The translations under genes were made by a program, and so were the position numbers. Under the pieces are notes generated by a model. That model saw only the letters and a program-made list of their open reading frames with translations, ran no database searches and had not been told where the DNA came from. DNA of 62,966 nt, the filler included, from Octopus bimaculoides (Eukaryota), in the NCBI RefSeq assembly GCF_001194135.2. It is 5 parts of 5 records of this genome, joined end to end, with 100 filler letters (N's around TTAATTAATTAA, not from the genome) between each part and the next. Parts side by side here need not be neighbours in the genome. Positions count along the whole stretch, not along the records: positions 40,137 to 62,966 come from NC_068983.1; 4 more parts are not named here. One strand, given 5' to 3'. The first letter of the stretch is position 1. The number at the start of each line of letters is the position of its first letter. This document shows positions 50,469 to 62,966 of the stretch, one piece after another.

Positions 50469-51109
50469 ATTCGTTCTTTTGCCCTCATTTCCTTCTTTTT
50501 GTCTAATTTCCTTGAATTTTTTTAAACATTTATTTTCTATAAAGATGCACTGTGAAAGATAGAAATATGCAATTTCATACTTTTGCACATTGTATCTGGA
50601 AATTACTTATAACAACTACAAAAAATACAATCGTAATAAGTTTCGAATCGTGTCAGATAGAAAAGCTGAAAATTACAGACAGGTAAGAAGACAAAGATAA
50701 GAGAAGTATTTTTTATATTTCTTTGTATATGCCAACATCATAATTATTATTCTAAAACGAACTAATATCTGTTTCCAGCCAACGTTTTATGAATTTGATG
50801 AAAGATGTTTCTATGCAGTTTTTGTTTTTATATCGTCTTTAGATAGCTTTCATATACGATTAAGAAAATGGCGGAGAACATCTATCCTGCCAAGTTTACC
50901 CTTGGGAAATGCGTTAGATATATAGTATAGAACGATTTCCTATATAACATTGAGTAAGTTATAGCTGTGCTTGACGAATAAATTGTATATCTTACATTAC
51001 TGGGAGCTGTATAGATATCTGCAAAAGCCGATTTTGACATAACAGCTCACCAAGATTTGACAAGTAACAAAAGTATACTGGAGTCGATCGGATATACAAT
51101 AAAGAAGAA

Positions 51110-51186
<77 letters not shown>

Positions 51187-51425
51187 AGGAATAAATCCGT
51201 GTAAAATAAAACTGATCCATTCAACTGATTAATAATGATTTCCATTATTGGTACAAGGCTACAAATATATAAGGAATGCGTATAATATAATCGGCTGAGT
51301 CTACTTCGCTATATAGGATTTACTTATTTATCAAAGAGTGAATGGTATGTTGAGGTATATTCACACAGATATATATATATATATATATATATTTAGTTAT
51401 ATTAATAGTAATAATAAAAAAGAGT

Positions 51426-51911
51426 ATGGAGACTTTTACATCCACAAAGTTTATTTTATAGTTATATACAGCATATTATAATGGCCTACATGTGTTTCCG
51501 CTGCAGAAACTACTCACTGGTGCAAATGCAGCCTTGCAATATTGTCGGTGCAGCTTCATAAGGGCCCGTCCATTTGGTCATTCTTCAGTATACTAGTTTA
51601 GATAAATTTAATACAACCTTACAATATTGTCTTTGCAGCTTCATCAGGAACCGTTCACTTGGTTATCCTCGTAGTAAACTGATTGAAGTAGAATTTTGTT
51701 AGTGTTCCACTAACGAACAAACAAAAGCTTACATCAATCAGTTCACTTCAAAGATGACCAAATGGACGGACCCTGATGAAGCTGCACCAACAATATTGCA
51801 AGGTTGTATTTACTATAGTGAATAGCTGTTTCAGCAGGAACACGTGTGGACCATTATAATATGACGTATATAATTATAAAATAAATTTTGTGGATGTACA
51901 AGTCTCCATAT
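51426..51911. mobile_element. Fold-back element with three hammerhead copies (arm, partial direct copy, inverted arm)
   Basis: tatggagactt.tacatccacaaa...gcagcttcat.aggg.ccgtccatttggtcat at 51426-51582 and inverted at ~51752-51911; partial copy at ~51612-51670. Confidence 0.85.
51768..51852 (+). ncRNA. Type I hammerhead motif (decayed), with sister copies at 51483-51567 (-) and ~51620-51650 (-)
   Basis: + copy: GGACC-CTGATGA-AGCTGCA...cagcag-GAAC-ACGT-GT-GGACC. - copy: GGGCC-CTTATGA-AGCTGCA...TGCAGC-G-GAAAC-ACAT-GTA-GGCC. Their consensus rebuilds a complete core. Confidence 0.7.
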
Positions 51912-53799
51912 TCCAGTTAACCTTTATTACAGTAAATGAACCAGATACAACTGTTCTCAAACGAGGATCGTTGTGGTTAGCCATTAACTGGAACTTAACT
52001 GAGAGCTAATACAATACCCGCCGTGATAATATATCGCTCAAAACTTTTTTATATTTAGGTATATACATCTACGATAGGATTAGAATTTTGGAAGCAAAGG
52101 AGGGCGGTTAAATACCTTAAGATATTCACTTCAGCAACCTACTGTATCAAGCAAGCTGCCTAGGATAATGGTGAAATATCTACTCTTATCAGACCTCTGA
52201 TCAAAACTACCTATTGCATTATTCAGAGTTCTTGATAGTTTCTACATGACCGCTCAACCTATTAAAATCTTTCAAATCACACCCTACAGATTTTTTTTTT
52301 AAATTAGGGGAAGACATATTTGATAATGTAGTCTAAGATAAATTGTCTGAAAAGATGGACTGGTCACGGCTAGAATATCTTCCATCGTACGTCTGTTCCA
52401 TCAGAGCTGATCTAAGACTAAAAATTAACTACAACAATTCTTGCTCCAGTATCAAAATTGCAGTTTATATTACTCGGAAGAAAAGTCAGTGAACTTGGTT
52501 CGCATTCATATATACAATTATTTCACTATATTTGATGGAATTGCCGGTCCAAACTATACGAATGCATAAATATTTATTTAATATTGTCTTCTTGTAACAC
52601 TGTACATAATTTAAAGCTTATTCGTTTAAACATGAAATGCAGTAAGTATAACCTTTGATCAATTCTTTTCAAGGTTACTGAGACTACTAAGATGAAGGGA
52701 GAAAATGATCGTCAATCTGAAGACCTTGCAACAAAGCGGATTCTTCTAAAGGTAGCCAAGATCCAGGTCGTGGTGTTAAACTGCAGGGTGTATTATGTCT
52801 ACCACCTAGAAACACAGAAAGCATAGAACCAAAGCGAAGGCAGCATGGTTCTCGTCCGATACGCTACTATTTACAACGATACACTGCTTTGGATTGGTGC
52901 TTTGTCTGTATATGATGCCATCAGGAGGAGCAAAAATAGTCACGAAAATACCGCGAGTGTGAAACAAAACATTTTAATGCAGCCTTTACAGGTCTGAGTT
53001 ATCTTTAGCTTTCTATTGTCAAAAGATGATAAAAATGTAATATTGTAAAGTAACATACTGCAGTTAGTGAAATTTATTATGATAAAATACCAAGAAATAA
53101 AATGTATGTATGATACATTACTAAGCTTTTGCCAATGGTGAAATCGACTATTTTATATTCTATTGCAAAAATAATGTCCATGCTCGTTACTATCGATTTT
53201 ACCTCTAGTATTACAGGCAAAAGAGCGCAATAGAACACTGATATACAATGCACATATATTGTCGATTATAATCAGCTCACTTCACTTACTTCAGAATATT
53301 TTGTTTAGCAGAATTGGTAGAGCGACTGGCAAATGACTTGCGATATTTTGGTTGAGATAGTATGTACCAGTTAAGTAATAGTAGTCTATTGAAGTGAATA
53401 TTTTCATTTAAAAGTATTGCTTTGTTCATTTGTTGAAACTCATTATTTTAAGCCATGAAATTCCTCTTCTTCCACCCCTTTAAAATGTGAAACATGTGTT
53501 ACTAGAAAAAATGAATCTTGTAACTCCTGTTACAGTCGAAGCAGTTCCAGTCGATAGGTTTTCAATTTACTATACAGAGATCTTCGATTTATACCCCGTC
53601 ATCGGGGTATAACTGTGTCAATAAAGATGACATAAATAAGAAACTTATCTGTCTATGAGCCAATTCAGCTAATTGCAAATAGTTTAAACATTTGGAACAT
53701 GTGGTATGTTGAGAGACAAGGAAGAAATCTGACTTTCTGAGGACATGTCGGGGGGAAAAAAGTAAATCAAAGCTTTACTGCCCAAGTCTTACAATTTCA

Positions 53800-54013
53800 G
53801 TTTCAAATTTTGGCACAAGCCGGGCCACATCGAGGAAGGGGGTTAAGTCGATTACATCGACATCAGTGTTTAACTGGTACTTTTTTTTATCCACCCTGAA
53901 AGGATGAAAAGCAAAATCGACCCGGCGGAATTTGAAATTAAGGAAGTAAAGCCTGACGAGACGTCGCTAAGCATTTCTTGCGGTATGCTAACGATTCTGC
54001 CAGCTCGCCGCCT
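53800..54013 (-). mobile_element. SINE family B, near full length
   Basis: Minus: ggcggcgagctggcagaatcgttagcataccg...ttcaaattccgcc..gtcgattttgcttttcatcctttcagggtggataaa. Confidence 0.85.
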
Positions 54014-54315
54014 TCAGGTTGTACAATGTTGAGGAGACTTATTCTTCTTTCGCATTCCAAAGGATTGTAAACGTCTGAAACGTGACACTTGTTTTCGCTT
54101 TGATGGTATAAAAAAAAGATTTCAATGATTGGCTTATTTCTATTGCGTTACGTCAACACGGATCACCTGTGTTATAAGTTCCAGTGTTTGTTTGAAACCT
54201 TTTGTTTCTGTTTGAAACCTGAGCTTCTCAACTCTCATGGCTAATATTGCTTGTAAAATTTCACACTGTAAGATATCTTTTCTGTAGCGGCTTAACTTAC
54301 CATCATATTCACTTT

Positions 54316-54510
54316 CGAGGGGTGCTGAAAAGTTTCTGACTTTGGTTAAAAGAAAATACAGGAGGGTCAGTTAATTATTATTTTATTCAACGTATTCTCC
54401 TCTCAGATTCACACACTGATTGCAGCAGTCCTTCTGTTTTTCTAAGCCCTGTAGAACTCGGAAATTTGAACCTCCAACAAGTCCTTTCGTGATACACTTA
54501 ACTTCAAGAA
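54316..54510 (+). mobile_element. Mariner-like terminal fragment
   Basis: cgaggggtgctgaaaagtt resembles the (TA)CGAGGGG..TGAAAAGT mariner TIR; no partner TIR or transposase seen. Confidence 0.45.
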
Positions 54511-54753
54511 CTTATCAGTATCATCTCGTACACTCTGTAGCCTTTATCGTTAACTTAAAATTTAGCGTATTTACAAATTCTGTTGTTGGTTCATCTTTAT
54601 TTTCCATGATTTTATCTCTTTTCAGTTTTGTATTTACTGGCTCACAGTAATACAATCAAAACTATTTTGTTTGTTATTTGTCTTTTTTTTTTGTTGTTGT
54701 TGCATGTCTTCCATTTTTCTTCGTACATATTTTTGTACTTATTCTTCCCTCAG

Positions 54754-54768
54754 TGAATTTGTCAACAG
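54754..54768 (+). CDS. Candidate 15-nt frame-preserving micro-exon (xNLSTx)
   Basis: tttttgtacttattcttccctcAG | tgaatttgtcaacag | GTGGGT; long pyrimidine tract and strong donor. Confidence 0.4.
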
Positions 54769-55129
54769 GTGGGTGACTGGGGCAAAATGTTTAAGGTGAA
54801 TTCAACTACTTCATGCGTCAGCCTCTAGATTGGAAAACAACAGATAGACGAGATTTTGTGTTCTTGCTTGTCAGGGTGATCCTGGGTCTGTAGCGTTCCT
54901 TGATTGGCCCTAGCTAAAGGAGCTCCTATATCAGGGGAACAGCATCATCCAGGTGTCTACTTATTTGTATACTACGTATACTTTTGATTTCATCTCCCCT
55001 CTCTCTCTATCATCTCATTTTTTTATGTAACCCCCACCCACAAATTGTAAACCATTTCTGTAAAATCTCTCATGAATAATAAAAGACATTATCACCGCAG
55101 TCATTATTATCACCCTCAATATTATTCAA

Positions 55130-55318
55130 AGACAAAATGCTTAGCGATATTTCGTCCGTCTTTACGTTCTGAGTTCAAATACCACCGAGGTCGACTTTGC
55201 TTCTCGCCACTTCGGAGCCGATAAATTAGAGTAGTAGTTGAGTACTGGGGCCGATGTAATCGACTTAACGCCTCCCCCTAGAAAATATGAGGCCTAGTGC
55301 CTATAGTAGAAAAGATTA
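55130..55318 (+). mobile_element. SINE family B
   Basis: caaaatgcttagcgatatttcgtccgtctttacgttctgagttcaaataccaccgaggtcgactttgc...gtgcctatagtagaaaagattatt. Confidence 0.85.
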
Positions 55319-56309
55319 TTATCATTATTGATTCAGTTTTTTTTTTTTTTGTCTAGTTCCATCCTTATCAAATTACGCATTAGAGCAAACCATTGCTACA
55401 AGAAAGTACATTGGCATTTCCTTAATTTGCAAGAGATTGAGCCCGCGAGCCCAGTTTCATTGCTTCGAAACATAGCAATCTGATAGACGTACGTAGATTT
55501 AAATAGTTTTGCCCGAAGATATTCAGTAGCACTTTCAATGAAACACAAGTTCTGTCACCGCCAACCGCCCCACTACACAGGCAAATACCACAAACCTCAC
55601 AAAAGCAAACAGTAATAAAAATAACAACAACAACAACACNNNNNNNNNNNNNNNNNNNNNNNNNNNNNNNNNNNNNNNNNNNNNNNNNNNNNNNNNNNNN
55701 NNNNNNNNNNNNNNNNNNNNNNNNNNNNNNNNNNNNNNNNNNNNNNNNNNNNNNNNNNNNNNNNNNNNNNNNNNNNNNNNNNNNNNNNNNNNNNNNNNNN
55801 NNNNNNNNNNNNNNNNNNNNNNNNNNNNNNNNNNNNNNNNNNNNNNNNNNNNNNNNNNNNNNNNNNNNNNNNNNNNNNNNNNNNNNNNNNNNNNNNNNNN
55901 NNNNNNNNNNNNNNNNNNNNNNNNNNNNNNNNNNNNNNNNNNNNNNNNNNNNNNNNNNNNNNNNNNNNNNNNNNNNNNNNNNNNNNNNNNNNNNNNNNNN
56001 NNNNNNNNNNNNNNNNNNNNNNNNNNNNNNNNNNNNNNNNNNNNNNNNNNNNNNNNNNNNNNNNNNNNNNNNNNNNNNNNNNNNNNNNNNNNNNNNNNNN
56101 NNNNNNNNNNNNNNNNNNNNNNNNNNNNNNNNNNNNNNNNNNNNNNNNNNNNNNNNNNNNNNNNNNNNNNNNNNNNNNNNNNNNNNNNNNNNNNNNNNNN
56201 NNNNNNNNNNNNNNNNNNNNNNNNNNNNNNNNNNNNNNNNNNNNNNNNNNNNNNNNNNNNNNTTTAATATATCTAACTTGTCTATTCGTATCATTGTATA
56301 TGTATATAC

Positions 56310-56530
56310 TCCTTTACTCTTTTAGTCTTTTACTTGTTTCAATCATTTTGACTGTGGGCATGCTGGGACACCGCCTTTAGTCGAGCAAATCGAGCCCGGA
56401 ACTTATTCTTTGTAAGCCAAGTATTTATTCTATCGGTCTCTTTTGCCGAACCGCTAGATTACGGGGACCTCAACACACCAGCATCGGTTGTCAAGTGATG
56501 TTGGGGCGACAAACACAGACACACAAAAAT

Positions 56531-56584
<54 letters not shown>

Positions 56585-56732
56585 GACGGGCTTGTTTTAT
56601 TTTCCGTCTACCAAATCCACTCGACCCGAGGCTAAAGTAGAAGACACTTGGCCAAAATACAACGCAGTGGGACTGAACCCGGAACCATGTGGTTGGTAAG
56701 CAAGCTACTTACCACACAGCCACTCCTACGGC
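56310..56732 (-). mobile_element. Full-length tRNA-derived SINE family A
   Basis: Same head (gtaggagtggctgtgtgg...ggttcagtccc), internal (CA)/(TA)n and tail as 43030-43431. Confidence 0.9.
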
Positions 56733-56819
56733 TATAAGAATATTTATGCCTACATACATTTGTGTCTGGATAGATGGATAGACAAACAGACATACAGATA
56801 GATAGACAGACAGACTGGC

Positions 56820-56866
<47 letters not shown>

Positions 56867-58505
56867 AAGATGAATCTGTGTGTAGGTGCAAGTATCTGCG
56901 ACGACGCAAGAGTTATGTGTTTTTTTTTTTTTGCTTTCTGTTTTTCTTACTACGACATGATTATTTGTCCCACGACAAATAACCGCGCGAACGTTGAAAT
57001 CAAATGATTACTAGTTTATATATTGCAGCTGTCATATCATTATACCAGTTCTATACCCTAGGTCAACTTGTCTAATGCTGTTCACCTTCAAAATACCTCT
57101 AGTCCGTTTAAGACTATATTTAGCACACGTTATATCACTCACTCTCCATTGAACATATCCGACCATGAAAAAAAATTAAGTACCTCTCTTTTGTACACTT
57201 TGTTTGCTTGATCGGGTGATTGCTTTATGGATTGAGAGATTGATGGATTGATTGAATTATTGATTTACTGAGTGTCCATTCTGATATCTCACAAACCACG
57301 AAAGCTAAAATTTTCAATTTTCTAATAATTGATTATAAAGGAAAGATTTTAAAATTTAATAAATATTTTGTGAGCGACTTTGTCTATTTTTACTATTATC
57401 TTTTTATCCATTTATTTTTGAAATTTTGCTTTTGTATAACGTTATTTAGATATGACATGCAATTAAGCTCTCAGCACGGTATATGTTGCACGGAAACGGT
57501 TACGGAAAATCGAAACACCATAAAATGCATTTGTGCATCTATAAAGTGGAACACAATTTATATCAGATATTTTAGGCTGCAAATGATATTAGTAAAATAT
57601 ATCTCTTTTTACTCCAGTATGACATGGTCTCGATCATGAGGCAACCCCATATTTGTAGCTAAAATTCAGAATTATATTTTATCCTCTTGCATAAATCGGT
57701 ACCCGAATATACTTAATGATATTCATATATTTCTTAAGAAACCGGTGTAACTGTAACTGTAAATTCTATGACCAAGTTTAAATTTCATGCACTAACTTAC
57801 ATGTTGTAATCTGTAATTTTTAAGTATCAAATAATCGCTTTCAAACAATAGAATTTACAAGCATACACAACAGGTATATTTACAGCATTAATAATTGCCA
57901 TTAGATGTATTTGCTATGCATACGACATTTGTTTGCTTCGTACAATGAAATACATATACCAGAAGTATGATTTCTTGAAATTATTGCCTTTTGGTTTGTT
58001 TACTCAATTTTGTTTCGTTTATCGTTTCTGAATTTTTTAATACATTCGAATATAATGTAACCTGCCAATTTTTACTCTGATATTTAAATATTAAATTTCT
58101 TTCATACTACAGGAGAAAATATGGCAGTATAGTTAGCAGTGAAATTTATATTCAAATGTTGATAAAATATATAGAGAAGATGTTAAATATTTGAATAATG
58201 TTATGTATAGTAATTCTCCTCGATTTACTTAAAGGTATAGAAATAAGATGGACAGTAAATAAAATCTTTTTTATTGTGTTACTTAAGAGTACTATGATAT
58301 AACTGTTGATGACCTTCAATACAAGAGCTCAACAGAAGGAAAGAAAACAGCGAAATTTGATTTCCCATCTTTGAATGAAACTATCTAATAAAACACTCAT
58401 TATAGTTTTCTCGATTATCATGTTAATTTTAAAAGGGTGACCTAAGTTAGCAAGCATCACGTGAGTTAACCATGGATGATACTTAGTAATGACATGCAGT
58501 ACTTC

Positions 58506-58547
58506 AAAGTCAGTCTGTCAAAGTCAGTCTGTCAAAGTCAGTCTGTC
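58506..58547. repeat. 14-bp tandem repeat x3 (AAAGTCAGTCTGTC)
   Basis: Three perfect copies. Confidence 0.95.
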
Positions 58548-58957
58548 TTAAATATTTACCTATGTGTGACGCTCCTTCTTCTAAAGTAAATATTATAAAA
58601 GCCCAGAAATCAAATAGTCCTAAGATGACATTCACATCATAAAACTAGGTTGATTCCAGCAAAAACGCTGACTTTTCTACTGATAAATCTCGAAATATTC
58701 GAAACATACCTATGTTGTGTTTGGTGTGTGCATGTGAAAGGAAATTTGACAGCTCATATTATCTTTGCTCGTTAATGGCCGGGATTAACTATCAGTTCAA
58801 CTGTAAAGTAACAGAATAAACATATAGAGGGCAGACTTGAAAAGAACTGCTAGAATAGATTTGGCATGTATAATAAGGAGGCTACAGTAAAAAATAATGG
58901 ATAAGAGGCGGGGGTTAATATCGTATTAACAAGAACTTGTTGGAAACTATTTCACAG

Positions 58958-58971
58958 CTAAAGTGGTAACA
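58958..58971 (+). CDS. Candidate 14-nt micro-exon (xKVVT)
   Basis: ctatttcacAG | ctaaagtggtaaca | GTGAGT; phase 1 to 0, compatible with 54754-54768. Confidence 0.2.
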
Positions 58972-59199
58972 GTGAGTGAAGAATCAAGCAGGAAGCCCAA
59001 TCTCAACAAGAAATGAGCCGAGGAGAAGTTATCCTAAAAGTGTAGGGTGGAAATGGTTTACGCCTGCAATGCATCCGTCATCTACTACTACCTAACCATG
59101 ATGCTTTGCCCTGCTTCATAACTGACTAGATTAGAGGCCTTGCTCTTCCGCTTTCTGTGAAGGATACGGGTTCTGCTGATTATACGGTCCGTTTGCTGT

Positions 59200-59800
59200 G
59201 AACATCAGGTGGGTGGAGAGCTAAGCATAAATTACGTATAAGCATGCACCGAGGCTGAGACATCTCCAGCGATTCTTTGTCGGTGATCTTGTATGGTCAC
59301 CAATTGTCTGATACACTTTTTCATAGCTCATCTTTGTGACAGAGCTGCAGTCTTGGATCAAGCATAAATCAAGGTGTTCTGGAGCAAACGACAACTAGAG
59401 TATTGTTTGATGCTAACAACCCTCCGCCAATTGTCGAATGCAGTCATGGCATTCTATAAAAGATTAACTGTGGACATGAGCGATATTCTCCTTCAGGTGA
59501 CTCTAGTCTTCGATGAAAATCAACCGATCGGTCTGTTCTGGGACTTCTCAGCTAGAGCCTATGAAAATAATCCGATCTTGGCCTGGCAGCACTTCCACAA
59601 GGTTTTGCCGGTTCAGGTTAAACTCTACAGGCTTGTTAATGCCGTCAGCTGAGCGTGCAAGCGTTGCATGCTGAGCGACGAAATGGCCCTGTACTACTTG
59701 TAAAATCTCCGAGTATTACTGACTTGAGGAATTATGTCGAACAACGACTAAAGTGTATAGGATGTGTCAAGCTATTAGTTGATTCAGTGGATCATCATCT
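59200..59800 (+). mobile_element. L1/Tx1-clade LINE, decayed post-RT region and zf-RVT
   Basis: HAPRLRHLQRFFVGDLVWSP...LAWQHFHKVLPVQVKLYRL...ACKRCMLSDE / PSITDLRNYVEQ: W..H..LP..L..CxxC..E pattern of Tx1/L1 C-termini. Confidence 0.75.
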
Positions 59801-60093
59801 TATAATCTTCAATGTGACTTCCGTTTTACCTTCAGTACTCTATATAATTATTTATTCATTTGTTTGTTGTTGTTTTTCCTTTACGCTTTCAATGAGTTCA
59901 ATCTGTAACAAGCGTTCAGGCAAACTCTCTGTTTTGAAGATAACCTCCTTCCATCGTCTCGCTACTCTCGCTCTCTAAATACTTATGTACATTGGCTTGT
60001 TATTTCTGATAAAATTGTAGTATTTATTGCTGTTGTTGATACTGCCGCTACTCCTGCTGCTGCCGTCATCATCGTCATCGTTACCTTTGTTGC

Positions 60094-60129
<36 letters not shown>

Positions 60130-62364
60130 GACCCAATGCAGCCCTGATCAGCAAAGGGTTATAACTCTGATCATTACATCATTTACTTTTAGACATATTC
60201 TGTTCAACTTATCCGTCTTCTTTTTTTAAAACGCTAGTTATTATGTAGAAGCGCAGTCAATCGAAAACTCGGCATACCAGACACCAATAGGTTTCAGGCT
60301 TAAGATTAAGGGTCATCAGGGAAAATGGCCCCGAAATGGTGCGCATTCTGTCTTGATGGGCGCCGAATCTTACTACTCTCTGATATGCGAAGATTTTGAC
60401 TGACTGTTCCCAGGTCTCTAAGAGAGATTTAGCTGCTATTACCAGCAGATCAAGAGACTATATAGACACTCCCTAGTTAGCTTGAATAACAAACATATGA
60501 AAATTGATTCACTCGATTAAATTAAATCTTATGAGGATAGATATAAATTGAATGACTTAAGTATGCCACGCCCACGCAGGTGAGTTGGCTTCGTATCAAA
60601 TCAAAAGGAATCAATATTTAAAGAATAAAGTAAATTGTGATATAGGCGTCTATGTCTGTTGAGCATATTGCTAAACGTACTGTCCGGTGTGGCTTCGGCT
60701 TATTCACTTTCGTAGTTAACTCTCACAGGGGTTTGGGGTTTCGCCTTTCATCTATCTGCTATGAATAAAATTAGCTGTGTTAATATGATGCGCTATCAAT
60801 TAGTTTCAATAGTCACCACAAATAAATTAAATTCGGCTTTGTACATAAATTAATATTTGGCCGCTATTCATTATTAAATCTGTCGCGTCACCATTGATGG
60901 TGCCTTTGGAATTTGCCTGAAACACATTACTAATAATAAGATACGTAAACTCTTTAAATTTATTTATTCCCTTACAGTCTCATTTTAATGCTAAAAGCTA
61001 AAAAAAATATAGTTTGCAAGTGCAATGTGCCAAGTTCAACAAGTCATCAATATCTGAATAATTATTCGAATAATACTATGTTCTCGGAAATAAAATTAAA
61101 TGGATCTTCCGTAGATTTCGACGATGCGTATTTAACCAGGGGTTCGAACAACTGAATGAACAACTCTGTGTTAATGTGTGAAGTGGTTGGATATCTCACA
61201 CACTCGTGTACACTTCATGTAATTTTTAAGAGAATATGGCTGTGTGACAAATCTAGACCTTTGAATTAATTACAAGCACTATCCATCCAATGAGCTTCCA
61301 AACAGTTTTCGTCAATTTAATTTCACTCACCAAGTGTTGGTTGAGCCGAGGCCGTGATAAAGTCACAGGCTCGAGATGTCACGCCATCGAGTCGATCCCA
61401 GCTCCTTGTAATTGTGAAGCGAACTTCTTAACTATTCGACCATGACGCATCCACTTTAGATATAAGCATTACAAACAACCACCATCTATTCATGCTGCAA
61501 TACCAATATACTGGAGAACATCGTAGAATAAGTACTAATCCAATAGCTGTTACCAGTGAGCCTTGACGGATGTGGATTCTTGGTCCATTCCAATGACATT
61601 TCTATATTTACAACTGTTGTGGCAGCTAAAAATCAAACTGTGCCGATATAAATAGTTGCGCAAGGAATTATATTTTTCTTATGAATCAATCTTCCTCCAT
61701 GAATGGAATATCGCAGTTGTACGTTTGCATTTATGTCAGTGTGTATATCTGTGTATTTTTCAATGAATATAATCGTATGTACGTGTGCTTCTTCGTTTAA
61801 ACTAATTCAAATATACACCAGAACACCACATTCCACCAGTCGCACAAACTATCAACAATTACGTATTCGCTCCTCCCTAATGCTTGGTTAATACTCAGCA
61901 CCAATATCCAACAGCTGTCATAATTTATAGCATCTAAATAATTCTATTAAACAACACTTGACAATCGTCTCCACTTATTCTTGCTCATTTACATATTTTT
62001 ATTTGTTTCTATCTAAATATTGATATTATACTGAATTAATGTGTAAACATCATAAAGTATATGTATTCTATTTAAGAGCTCAATTACTAACATCGTTAAC
62101 TTGCAGTGCAATAAATGTTCATGGAATAATGTTGGCTGTGTACACAGAATCGACTAAAAAGATAGTCACGAGTAACATATTGTGAATGTTAAAAAGAGCA
62201 GGAAAGCATACATTTCACATGATTCATTATTTAACAGTTTTCTACAAGTGTTTCAGTAGATAAAGAACATAGCTTTTATATAATTACGTAATTGACATCC
62301 AATAAAAATTGTAATATAATGGGTCATCTGTTTTCTCATGGGAAAAATATGAGAAATTTGTAGT

Positions 62365-62583
62365 TACTCTTTACTCTTTACTCTTTTACTTTTTTCAGTC
62401 ATTTGACAGTGGCCATGCTGGAGCACAGCCTTTAGTCGAAGAAATCAACCTCAGGACTTATTCTTTGTAAGCCTAGTACTTATTCTATCCGTCTCTTTTG
62501 CCGAACCGCTAAGTTACGGGGACGTAAACACACCAGCATCGCTTGTCAAGCGATGTTGGGGGTACAAACACAGACACACAAAT

Positions 62584-62621
<38 letters not shown>

Positions 62622-62715
62622 TGATATATATATATATATACGACGTTTTCTTTCAGTTTCCGTCTACCAAATCCACTCACAAAGCTTTGATCGGCCCGAG
62701 GCTATAGCAGAAGAA
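62365..62715 (-). mobile_element. SINE family A, 5'-truncated, with internal microsatellite
   Basis: Matches 43030-43345, including tail repeats. Confidence 0.9.
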
Positions 62716-62966
62716 TGCGTGGTCTTGAACTCAGAATAACCGGAAGTTGATTCTGATTTTATCATTATTAATAAATTATAGGGTAGCAAAAAAATTTTTT
62801 ATGGCTAATTTCTGAAAGAAAATCGTCATTTTTGTATTTGCTGCCGATTAGGTAAACTGCAAATACGCGGTAAATTTTGAAAAATTAGACATAGAAACAC
62901 GAACCATGCTCCTTATTGACTCGTGCTTCATATGTTGTCTGGTCATTTTCTGCTGATGATAGTCCG

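Noticed and set aside
50655-50681. Strong donor CAG|GTAAGA
   Set aside because: No convincing acceptor, and the phase does not fit the candidate chain.
54874-54951. Apparent exon with a GDPGS collagen-like start
   Set aside because: Stops in the readings checked, and similar sequence occurs near 18090, so probably a repeat.

Overview
AT-rich, microsatellite-saturated animal genomic DNA with about 15 N-gaps. The SINE/LINE families and repeat density suggest an octopus/cephalopod draft assembly (inference; no search was run). Nearly all long ORFs in the supplied track are microsatellite or N artefacts. The real content is mostly decayed mobile DNA: RTE, R4/Dong (two clusters), L1/Tx1 and CR1-group LINE fragments, two Penelope-like GIY-YIG relics, a Helitron RepHel relic (minus strand, ~11.9-13.8 kb), and many copies of three SINE-like families. 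There is also a phase-compatible three-exon candidate gene end on + (733-791, 6700-6866, 22824-22960) and a weaker chain of + micro-exons (34.3-59.0 kb). The most interesting signal is a set of non-coding fold-back elements (6.1, 10.6, 14.4-15.6 and 51.4-51.9 kb), each carrying minimal type I hammerhead-ribozyme motifs, plus a fifth hammerhead directly upstream of a Penelope GIY-YIG relic. These look like non-autonomous Penelope/retrozyme-like elements. Two adjacent fold-backs at 4.2-5.0 kb are built on telomeric (TTAGGG)n repeats, and one has a perfect 9-bp target-site duplication. All protein-family and ribozyme calls come from manual translation and motif recognition and need HMM/covariance-model confirmation.
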